NCBI RefSeq assembly: GCF_009914755.1
Contig: NC_060947.1
Strand: one strand, 5' to 3'
Length of the DNA stretch: 64,000 nt
From: the human T2T-CHM13v2.0 reference genome, Homo sapiens
This document shows positions 28,201 through 40,021 of the stretch, piece after piece. The first letter of the stretch is position 1; each line of letters begins with the position of its first letter. A program made the translations under genes and the position numbers. The notes under the pieces are model-generated. The model was given only the letters and a program-made list of their open reading frames with translations, had not been told where the DNA came from and made no database searches.

Positions 28201-29259
28201 ATGTCTTTCTCCATCAAGCCATCAAAAAATATTCCAAATAGTGTTTGTCTTTATAAGCTCAATTTACAGAACTTAACAAAGACCTCACTTAAATTTGAGT
28301 GATGTTCTATATTAAACTATGGGGACTAGGACATTCACAGGTGATTCTGTGTGATCATCATTATTATTATTATAAATGATGTTGTGACAAGAAGATGTTA
28401 CTCACCAGTGAAATAACAACTTACATCAGGAAATTAGAGCAGAATAGTCTCTCAGCTGAGCCATTGTTTGCTTATTTATTACTGGTGTTCCATATTTGGA
28501 CAATATCTGCCTTCCACTTCATAGTGGAAGTAGAGTACTTTTAGTGCTCTGATTTCAATGAGTGTTCAGTACCTGGGAACATATTCCTAAGAGGCCTACT
28601 AGTCACTCATTGTAGAGAGTAAATTATATATAATTATTTCCATAAACATTTACCGACTTCATTTATGTGTGGGATAATGTACTAGGTCCTATTGAGTTTG
28701 TCCAATGATTAGGAAAGAGATTAGTCATCAAACTAAACAAAGAAAAACCCAGTTTAGCCACAACACAAACCACTCCACCTTCTTCAATACAGTTTAGAAT
28801 ATTTTTATTCAAGTGCATTCTGCAATATTTAAATAATGTGCATGAAGGGAAAAAACAGAAAATCTGGAAAATTTTATTATTCAGTTGGAATATGCTAGCA
28901 TGTTTGTGTTAATACAGTAGCTACCTTTAATTATTGGTTAATTTAAACTACTTCTCATTCTTTTATCTTAGCTCTTTTTTTCCCTCCTAAGGACTTTAAT
29001 GTGACTACATCTTGGAATGACTTCCTGCCTTTGCAGGAAACAGGCAGCTTCCTGACTGAGACGGAAGTTACTAGTCCTTATTGCCGGTTCGTTTTCATTG
29101 TCCTGGTTGCCCTCAAGGTTATCCCCAACCTCAGCTCCAGTTGTCTGTTTCCCAAATTTGACTGGGCTTCCTTCATACTATATTGCATGACAAGGTCTAG
29201 CAAAAGATTAGCTCAGTCTCAACTCTGTAAAAATGGTTTGCCATTTACACTTCTTTCTT

Positions 29260-29542
29260 TCAGCTTCACAGAAGTGCAGTCTGTGCACTCACACAGGATA
29301 CCACACTCAGATGAGCTGCATGCTGTCATTATTTTGAAATGTTTAATGATTTTATCTTTGAACTTGTGTTTTACAAGTAAAGTCCAATGGGACCATGAAG
29401 TATGCATTATGCATAATAGCAAAGAGGATACGTAGAAGAAAGAAGAAAGCTTTATATTTTAACACTTCCTTTGTGCTTGTTCAACAAGAGGCCCTGCAGT
29501 TCCATTTTGAACTGGGCTTCACAGATGATGTAGCCAGTCCTG
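29260..29542. mobile_element. MER96B-like hAT element
   Basis: ttttatctttgaacttgtgtttt..aagt.aagtcc.atgggac; end cattttg.actggg...atgtagccagtcctg. Confidence 0.7.
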
Positions 29543-30849
29543 CTCTGAGGAGAAATATTGGAAAATGGGATCCAAACTAGAATTTCTCCTAAAGAAAACG
29601 TCAGAGAACTTGACTTTCAAAACTGCTCTTTGAATATCATCAAAAGTTTTGCTATAGTGAATCTTTATGATAAATACAGTACCTATCTAGTAAAGCAATT
29701 TAATTATCGCAGGCTGTACTAATAACCATAATAAACTCCACTCCAATAGTATTCTACGTAGACAAGTCTTCCAGCCTCGGGCCTCTCCTCATTAAACTGC
29801 AATTAGTATGATAAATGGAGAGTGTGATTTTGCTGCAGCCAGTATTAGCCCTACTTACTCATGAGGTGACAGGGGAAGCCATCAGAGACAGAATTAAAAA
29901 TATTTAAATAACAAGGAAAATGGTAGGGTTTGCTGCCTTCTGGCCATTAGTCCAACACATCTGTGTGCAGGTACATCTCACACATTTCAGCTGTAACTGA
30001 TGAAGATCTCAGATAAGCACTGATGTTAATAGCAGTTAATACAACCCAGTGACTAAACATAGTCTGTCCTTGGAAGGTCATAAGTGTTGTGAGAATTCAA
30101 GATGACTATAATCTTAACAAAGCATTAATGGGCAATCTGACTAAATAAGATGGCTGCTATGGAGGACTTCTAAAACACTGTGCATTCTTAATCAGGTGAT
30201 GAGATATTTCACATTTGCTAATGGTATAGTCCCCACGGCATTGTAGTACCACATATATTAACATTTATTTAATTTAAAATGCATCCCTTAACAAGAACGC
30301 TTTGGTGGATATGGCTTTATTGAAACCTAAAGCTAAAACATATTACATAATTGGATTCTAATCTGTGAAGGCATGCTATACTCCAGTAATCAGATTTCCG
30401 GAGAATCCCTGTATCCTTGCAGTATACTCAGTTTTAATCTGAGTTTCTCTGAATAGGTTTCTGTTCCTTAACATCAAATATTCCTCAAGGAAAGATAGGT
30501 TGAAAATTATAATTTTAATAAATAAATACTGAGGGGAAGAATACCTTACACAAAATACTCTGTCACGTTCTGCTAGATTTTTAAATTCTTTTAAAAGAAG
30601 TACCATCTACTATATTTGATTTTACTTGGTCAATGCTAGAAATGATGGTTATTTTTATTTTGTTCTCATCCAAATATTTTATCACCAAATGGAGAGGGCT
30701 ACCTTGGCTTTGGGTTGCATTGATTCACCATTAAAGTTTATTGTAAATGTGATTTAAAAAAAAAAAAAAAAGGTATAAATCCACATTTTATTCAGATTTT
30801 TGTGTCCTTTAAAATAAAACACTAAAACATAGTGTGTCAAGGACTATAA

Positions 30850-31110
30850 TCTCTTGCAAATGACCCCAAGCCTGTGTGTCCAGTCCTGACATTTGTTTCT
30901 GAGATCTGCACCCAATTCCAAGCCCTCTACCAGGACCTCCATTCACAAGAGGCTTCCAAGTGATCTTCATCCTTTGTTTTCTCAGTTCACTAAAGAGCAG
31001 CAAGCTAGGATTCATCTTGATTGCCTCCTTTTCCAAAATTTATTTAAATTTTGTCATCAAATCCTGTCAATTCTGCCTCTAAGACATCTATCACATTCTC
31101 TTCTTTGGCA
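30850..31110 (+). mobile_element. L2 internal fragment
   Basis: gcaaatgaccccaa..tgtgtccagtcctgac; tcaaatcctgtcaattctgcctc. Confidence 0.55.
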
Positions 31111-31464
31111 CTCCCACAGACATAGTGGGGAGTTATCTCTATAGGTTCTGTTTTTAGATTTATCAATATTTCCCTCCCTCATAGAATTGCCATCTCCACT
31201 ACTGTTACTGATCTTGATACTGTACACTGCCACTACATCTTTACTTTGTACTTATGGGATATACAAATATTTCAATTAACTATGACTTCAAGATTAATGC
31301 ATAGATTACTTAACTAAATTACTACTTAAACTTTATGTATTAACATCATTAGAATATAAAAATATTTATCAAAACAGAAAGACCTCTGTACCTGTTAATA
31401 GTATGTATTAATTTGAGCCTCAATTCTCAAAATAAAAACAAAAATTAATGGTGAGATGAAGAAT

Positions 31465-31575
31465 AAGATGATATTTACTATCTATGCAGAGCATTTCCCT
31501 TGTGCCAGGCATTGTGTTAAGGATTTTACATATATTATCTCATACAATCTTTGTAAAAACCTAGTGAAGTAGCTT
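31465..31575 (-). mobile_element. MIR fragment
   Basis: tgtgccaggcattgtgttaag..ttttacatatattatctcat. Confidence 0.7.
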
Positions 31576-32464
31576 ATCCGTCAAGTGCACGTTTTAATCA
31601 TACTTTGTCTTCTACATACGAAGAGAAACACTGGTGTCTGCTAGCTGATCTGAAGCATCAGAGCTTGTCTTGAAAGTTTGCTGCTTTTAGTGACAAATGT
31701 TTCTCATCACATGCTTACTCCTATTATTCCAGTTAGGGCCTTATCGCTTCAGATCCTGTTGGCCTTAGTGAAGAAAAGTTCCTGCAAGAGGCATACTACC
31801 TTGCTTTGTGTGCCTTCATTCCATCAGCTTTCACATCCTGCCCTTCCCCTGGTACCCAGCAGCAGGGTTGAAAAAAGGCCAGGGGGTACATGGTGCGATA
31901 GACACTTGGTGTGACTCATCCTCTGAGAGTTTGAAGTATGGAAAATTTGCTTATGCCAGTCATTGCTATCCTTCTATCTCCTTAAGAACGATGAATCTGT
32001 ATAGATGGATCTCTCACTGTAGCAGGCCCAGAGCAGAGTTTTCTTTTTTCCAACTTGCTTTTCAAATAATTTTTACTCTTTTTCTTTTTGAATATGTCAG
32101 AAAACACTTGGAACAACAACAACAACAAAAAAAAACACTGAATATTCTTTACTGATGTTTCCTCATGATCTCAAATGCATTATGCCTATCCATACTCTAT
32201 TAACACGTTCAAACTGTTTGTCATTACATTTCATTAGGGGACAACATTCAATCTTGACTCATAAGTACAACTGCATTGGAAAGCAAATGGGGTAGAAAGG
32301 GAAGAAAAGACTTACTATGGCTGGCCACTAGCCCTTCCTCTTAATGTTCTTCAAGCCAACTTTGACTGGATTTTTCAGGCCTCAGCAAGAGGTTATACAC
32401 TGTACTTAAGTATCCATTTATCCTCCCTTACGCTTCACCCTCTAAGAACACTAAATGCTTGTAG

Positions 32465-32810
32465 TTTTTCTAACATGCCAAGCTTTTTCATATCTTGGTA
32501 CCTCTGCAAATACTGTTTCCTTTGTCTGGAATATTTTTCTCCCCCTTTTTCACCTGGTAACGTTAAAGACACTTGAAAATCTAGTACAGATGACTTTCCT
32601 TTTAATCAACTTCGTCCTGGAAAGTTAATCACATTTTCAGTGATTAACTTGTAGATATGAAGTACTATTGATACATATATCACTTGGGTTATAATGTCCT
32701 TCTTTGTATGTCCATTTCTATTTCTTCTTGAGAGTAGAGCCCATTCCTAGTGTAATTCCCTGGCACTTAGTAGTTCCAAAATTTACAAAAATTTAGTTGC
32801 TGAATACCAA
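32465..32810 (+). mobile_element. L2 3' region
   Basis: catgccaagc...ctctgca.atactgtttcctttgtctggaat...cctggcacttagtag. Confidence 0.55.
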
Positions 32811-33536
32811 CTAAAAAAAATCTGAAATTACATCAATGTTAGGTTGTAGATTTTTATTTTCCTATGCTGGACAATATAACCTTTTCAGTGCAGAGATACT
32901 GTTTCCCCTCTATTTGCTCCACTCACTAGAACTAAAGTACATGCAATGTCCAAGAGGACTGGTGATAGGTAATTACTCTTGTCAGGTGCTTTCGACTAGC
33001 ATCAAAATCAGGCCCTTTATAGCACATATTCATATAAATGACAGCTCAAGTCAAACCTATCTATCTCCCGAAATAGATGAAACCATTTCCCACCCTTCAA
33101 ACATTCTTTTCTCTTCTCTAAGGTTACGTCAAAAATCATCATCATTAATAGTCAACATGTCCACTTCACTCAATGAAACTTCCAAAGAATTTGTTATTCT
33201 TTTAGAATTCTATACGAAATAACATCCTTCCAAAGCAACTACGAAGCTCCAAAGAAAACACGGTGGAAAAGATACCTGTCATTAGCAGATATCTACCAAT
33301 ATTGTCATCAGTATTATCACTGTTATCATTGCATAATAAAGGCCTTTGTTATCAAATTACTTCATTTGAATTAATATGAAATCACTCATGGCATTTTTTC
33401 ATTCATTCACCGATTGATTTATTCCTTTTCTTGCACCTCACCTCCCTCATAATTTTTGACACCTTATAACTTTTTTTTAAACTGGAAAAGTATAATTAGA
33501 TGACACAACAAGAATTAAAACACATACTCACTAACA

Positions 33537-33560
33537 CTCTCTCTCTCTCTCTCTCTCTCT
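33537..33560. repeat. (CT)n microsatellite
   Basis: Seen directly. Confidence 0.9.
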
Positions 33561-34439
33561 AATTCTGATGAAAGATGGAAACCATGTTAACTTCCAGTTC
33601 TGGTGAAACTTTTGACTGTGAAATACATTTATGGAATTCTGTAAGGCCTCTGTAAAATGTGGCAAAATCAAGCAAGTTTCTCAAAAACCATGTAGGATAT
33701 CTAGTTAAGTAAAAGGATAAGAAAAAAAGTATCTTTATAAAATGGGAAGACTGACATTATGTCTATTATTAAACAGTGCTTCTTGTTGGAAGAACAGATG
33801 ATATTCTGAGAGAAATAAACACTCTTGTCCATTTTTATATCATGAACAAACTAATATTTCTAGGGAAGAGGAAAGATGGTCCTTCACGTTCTCTTTGAAA
33901 CAGGAATATTCCCACTATACAGAAGAATTGTATTTTAGAAAGACAATTTCATGAACTAAGGCTGAAAATCTCCCAGACCATGGCTGCTATGACTTCTCAA
34001 ATCAGCAATCATGCACACAAAAGAGTGCTAAAAGAGACCCCTCTCTTTTCTTCCCATCCTCAGCCTTTTTCTCTCTATACTTTTCAAAAGCTCACAGACA
34101 GTAAATACCCACACAAAAGAGGAATCACAAATGACAAATTAAAGGTAAGTTTCTCGCATTTGCCAGAGAGGATTTAGAAAATGTGCCACAATTTTATACA
34201 ATGCTGGTGCAGCAGGTGAGTCTAGAAAGTCATTTTGGTTTTCGATTTCAGAAATAATTCTGTTTTATACTGGCAGATTAACACTCTTCCAAAGATGACC
34301 AAAGTAAGGCCCAGAATTAAGTCATAGTTGTACCTCTTCTGCTCCTTTTTCTGTCTTGCTGAATTTAATAATTTACTCTTCAACATTCCACTAAAAGTAT
34401 TGCCAATTTTATTAGTCTTTAAATCGGCCAGAAAAAGAC

Positions 34440-35270
34440 ATACCACCCAATAGCAAAATAGCCAAGAATTCAAACAAGAATGAAAAGGGGTATTTAAATA
34501 CCCAACGAATATGTGTGAAGGTGTTCTGAGTTGCTAATCATCAGAGAAATGCAAATTAAAACCACAACAAAATATCACCATATACTGAATAGAATGACAA
34601 ATTTTTAAGAAGACTGAAAATCTAAAATATTATGAGGATATGAAGTAAGTAGGAATTCCATAAACTCTTGGTAGGATTGTAAATGGACTCAACTACTTTG
34701 TAAAACTGACACTTTCGTCAGCACCTACACAAGTGGAACACAAGCATATATATATTTTCAACTGAAATATGTACAAAAAAATCCATGCACAGGAGTGTTA
34801 ATTGCAGCTTTCTTCATAACAACCCAAAACAAGAAACAACATAAATGTTCTGCCACAGTAAAATGTATAAATATTTGTGGTAGGATCAACCAACGAAATG
34901 TTATATAGAAATAAACATTAATGATATACTGCTATACATAGAAAATACATGAAATACACAACATAATGTTGTTGGAGAAGCCAGACACAAAAGAATACAT
35001 ACCTGACCACTTCGTTTATGTAAAGCCCAAAAAAGTGAAACTATTCCATGATGTTAGGAGTCAGGATGGTAATCTTTGGGCAGGAAGGGGTGGTGGTGAT
35101 CAGAAGGGGCGACAAAGGGGGCTTCTGGAGTGTTGTTCATGGTCTGTTTCTTGTTCTGCATAGTACGGTTACACACGTGTTTTTACTTTATAAAACTTAC
35201 TGATGAACACTTTTGCTTCACTGCTCTCTATGTATGTTATACTTCAATTAATAAGTTTATTTAAAAAGAA
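34440..35270 (+). mobile_element. L1ME 3' portion
   Basis: catcagagaaatgcaaattaaaaccacaa; gaagccagacacaaaagaatacatac; tatgtatgttatacttcaat. Confidence 0.8.
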
Positions 35271-35524
35271 AAGAGAGACCATGACAAGTACTACTTATAC
35301 ACTAAGTTTGTGTGAAATACTTTTTTTTTTTTTTTAACTGTTAATCTCCAGATAGTCCCTTTAAATCCTTTTCCTCTCCCCCTAACCTCCCCAATTCCCA
35401 CTTTATTTGACTCCAGCTATGATGATTTCTCCCCTGGCAGCAGCAGCCTGTAGCCCAGCCAATGTTCTTGCCTGCAGTCTGGTCTCAGTCCTATTCATTT
35501 TCATTCTTTACTTTGCAAATAGGA

Positions 35525-36930
35525 TATTTGTATTTTTAAAAACATCCTGTATACAAAATAGTGTGACAATAAATGTACAGTTTAGCGAATATGAACAGAA
35601 AATAATTTCGCAAAATCAACACCTTTGTACTTACACCATCCTGCTTAAGCAACAGACACTAGTTTTTTCAAATCTGTTGTCCCTTGACAATCCCAATCTC
35701 CATCTTTGCATCAGAGGTATTCAATATCCTGAATTTGGTGTTAAACATCTCCTTGCTTTTATTTATAGTTTTATAACATAAGGTAGTAGTTGTAAACTAA
35801 ATATCAACACTAACTAAAAATAGTTTGAGCAATATTTTGTTTGGTTTTCCTTGTTTTGATTTTTTTGTTGTTTTACTTGTTTTGAAATTTAAGTTATGGA
35901 ATCTCACAAGTGTATTCGGCTGTAAGCTTTTTTTTTTCTCACTGGTATATTGGTATGTTACTGAGATTAATCCACCCAGATGCCTGGGCCTTTATTCCAT
36001 TCTTTTTTCACTGCTGAACAATATCCATTGTATAAGTACACTACAAATTACTTATTATATTTTTAATATGTGTATTGTTTTCAGTCTTTTTGTCATTTCA
36101 AATAGCAATCTTATGAGCATTCTTTTGTGTACCTCTTGAATATGTACAAGAGTTTGTAGGTTATACATCTAGGAATGGAACTACTGGGTCCTCAAGTATG
36201 CACATTTTCAAATTTACTAGGTAATGCCAAATTATTTTACAAAGTAATTGAACCAAAATGATTCCCCGTTGTCTGCATCTTTACTTAGTGTTGTCATTAT
36301 TTTTAGTCATTCTAGTTAGTGTGTAATTTTATCTAAACATTTCCATATATTCAATGGCATTTCATTTGAATTTCCTCTTCTATGAAAATACTAATCATGT
36401 AATTTGCTCATCTTTCCCCCTCACCGTAGCCTTTTTCATGTTGATTTCTGACAGTATTTATATACTCTGAATATGACAGTTTTTTCAGTAATCAGTGTTA
36501 CAAATATCGTTTTCCACTATGCCTAGTCTTTTCTCTCTTTATTCTTCCTTTCAATAAAGAGAAGTCCTTAAATTTTATATATGAAATTATCAATATTTTC
36601 TTTAATGGCTTGTGCTTTTATGTCTTATTTAATAAATTCCTCCCTACCCAAAGGTCATAAGGATTTATCCTTTAATTTATTGCCTTTCACATGTACGACC
36701 ATGATCAATATGGAATTTATTTTTGTATATGGATGAAATCGATGTCTGTCTACTGTTACGTTTTTTCCACATAGATAACCATCACTTCCCTTGGCATTTA
36801 ACGAATAGGTCATGCATACCCTGCTGATTTACAGTGATTCTCTGTCATACATCAAGTTTCCATTCACATTTGCACCTATTTTCGGCTCATTTACCACTGG
36901 CAATACCAAAGTGTCTCAAGACATTACCTT
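35525..36930 (-). mobile_element. L1ME3/4-type fragment, tail-to-tail with the previous L1ME
   Basis: tatcctgaatttggtgtt..catctccttgcttt; ctaggaatggaactactgggtc; gagaagtccttaaatttt. Confidence 0.7.
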
Positions 36931-37474
36931 TTTAAAAGAGAAAACTAAAAATATTTGTATTCATTAAGTTAAGCGGAATTAAAATTATTAGCCTTAATTT
37001 AGTGACTAAATATTTGTGTTTTGCAGTGAAGATCCAAGAAACAAACAATAGCATCAAATAAAAACATGAAAATAGTTCTTTTGCAGCAAAATTTATCTGA
37101 AAACTTTCATTGCACATAGAATAAATTTCTATCCACTCATTTAAAAATTCAAGTAATTATACTTTGAAGTGCTTTCAGTGCTATCTTTATAAACCTGTAT
37201 AAGCTAAGACATTTTTGACTACACATGAATTATGGTTTTGTTAAAATTCTTTCTGGGTCAAGTGATATTTTTCTTAATCCAGGGAATATCTAATTAGAAA
37301 CAAAGATAAAAATCTACTTATCTTCAGTTCTTAATTATCAAATTTATTCAATAAAGTGCTTTTACTTTTGACTGTGACTCCAGAAGGAAATGGTGCCAAT
37401 ATTAATCACAGTATTTTCATAAAAATTTTTTAATCTTTTTATTCTTTTTATTTCATACAAGAAAGTTTATGTAT

Positions 37475-39205
37475 TATATATATATATTTGGAGGAATATA
37501 TACATATTTGGAGGAATATATATAATACATATTATATATATAACATAAGGTAGTAGTTGTAATCTATATATATATCAAAACAAATAAAATCAAAGCAAGC
37601 AAAACCAAACAAAATATTGCTTAAACTATTTTTAGTTAGTGTTGATATTTACTATACAACTACTACCTTGTTATATATAGATATTTTAATACATTATATA
37701 TTTATATATAATATATATAATTATATATAATATATAAAATTATATATTAATATATAATATATAATTATATATTATATATTATATATTATACAATATATAA
37801 TTATATATTATATAATATAATTACATATTATATAATATATAATTATATATTATATATTAATATATAATTATATATATTATATACATTATATAATTTTATC
37901 GCTATTATATATTTATATATTATATATTTTATCGATATTATATATTTATATATTATATATATTATCGATATTATATATTTATATTATATATATTATCGAT
38001 ATTATATATTTATAGATATATATTTTTATATATTATATATTTATAGATATATATTTTTATATATTATATATTTATAGATATATATTTTTATATATTATAT
38101 ATTTATAGATATATATTTATATATATATAAATATATGTCTATAAATATATAACATATATTATGTATAAATATACAATATGTATAATATATATTATGTATA
38201 AATATACAATATGTATAATATATATTATGTATATACAATATGTATTATATATATAATGTATAAATATACAATATGTATTAAATATATAATGTATAAATAT
38301 ACAATATATAATATATATTGTATAAATATACAATATATAATATATATTGTATAAATATACAATATATAATATATATATTGTATAAATATACAATATATAA
38401 TATATATAATGTATAAATATACAATATATAATATATATAATGTATAAATATACAATATATAATATATAATGTATAAATATACAATATATCTAATATATAT
38501 AATGTATAAATATACAACATATCTAATATATATAATGTATAAATATACAATATATCTAATATATATAATGTATAAATATACAATATATCTAATATATATA
38601 ATGTATAAATATACAATATATCTAATATATATTATGTATAAATATACAATATATCTAATATATATTATGTATAAATATACTATACATAATATATATATTA
38701 TATATAGTATACTATATATACTATATAGAATATATTATATATAGTATACTATATATACTATATAGAATATATTATATATAGTATACTATATATACTATAT
38801 AGAATATATTATATATAGTATACTATATATACTATATAGAATATATATATTATATATAAATATACATATATAATATATAATATACAAATATACTATATAT
38901 AATATATATAATATACAAATATACTATATATAATATATATGATTTACAAATATACTATATATTATATATTATATATAATATATAATATATACAGATATAC
39001 TGTATATAATATATATTATATATAAATATACTATATATATATAATATATAAATATACTACATATAATATATATTATATATAAATATACAGTATATATAAT
39101 ACATATTATATATAAATATACAGTATATAAAATATATACTATATATATATAATATATATTTTTATAAATAAATAAACATAGTATATATATAAAATATATA
39201 TATTC
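37475..39205. repeat. Compound AT-rich minisatellite/(TA)n array, ~1.7 kb
   Basis: Successive blocks: atcgatattatatattt.. (~30 bp), tttatagatatatattt.. (~32 bp), tgtataaatatacaatatatctaatatatataa (33 bp), tatagtatactatatatactatatagaatatatta.. (39 bp). Confidence 0.97.
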
Positions 39206-39554
39206 CTCCAAATTTCTTTATTCACTCACCTATTGATGGACATTTAGGTTCTGTCCATATCTTGGCTACTGTAAATAATGCTGCAGTGAACACGGAAGTG
39301 CAGATAGCTTTTTGAGATAGTGATTTAATTTCTTTTGGATAGATATCCAAAAGCAGGACTGCTGGATAAATTTTAAACTTTTTGAGGAACTTCCACACTG
39401 GTTTCCATAATGGCTGCATCAATTTACATTTCCACCAACAGTGTACAAGGATTCACTTTTATCCGCATCCTCGACAACATTTATCTTTTGTTTTTATTAT
39501 AATAGCCGTTCTAACAGGTGCGAGGTGGTATCTCACTGTTTTTTACATAGAATT

Positions 39555-39977
39555 CTTTTCATTTTTATTTATTTGTTGTTATTGACAAATTTTAATTGTA
39601 TATATTTATGGAATAAAAATCGATGCTATGATACATGTATATAATGTGGAATGATTGAATCAAGCTAAATAACATAACCGTCACTTCAAGTATTTATCAT
39701 TTATTCCTCCTGTCTAATGAAACACTATACCCTTTGACTAAGTTCTCTTCATTCCCGTATCTCCACAGACTGTGATAACGACCATCCTACTTTCTGCTCC
39801 TGTGCATTTGATTTTTCTTAGCTTTCACATATAAGTGAGAACATGTGCTATCTGAACATCTGTCTTTCTGTGCATGGCTTATTTCATTTAGAATAATGTC
39901 CCCTAGATTCATCCATGTTGTTGCAAATGACACAGTTTTTCTCTTTTTTAAGGCTGAATAGTATTCCAGTATTCCAC

Positions 39978-40021
<44 letters not shown>

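Noticed and set aside
29001-29435. 144-aa ORF
   Set aside because: Non-ATG start, runs into a MER96B-like element, no recognisable domain.
32836-33222. 128-aa ORF (similarly 27197-27559 and 35407-35781)
   Set aside because: No recognisable homology or exon structure; lengths expected by chance in 64 kb.
37690-39195. CRISPR-like periodicity of ~30-39 bp
   Set aside because: Units are directly tandem with no unique spacers, no cas genes, and the context is primate DNA.
38139-39211. ORFs with periodic Y/I-rich repeats (e.g. YIYTLYILDIL)
   Set aside because: These are translations of the 33-bp AT minisatellite, not proteins.
37486-39213. Novel MITE/foldback transposon reading of the inverted-repeat-bounded AT array
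   Set aside because: The right repeat is continuous with L1 sequence and no TSD is visible; kept as a repair-derived structure instead.
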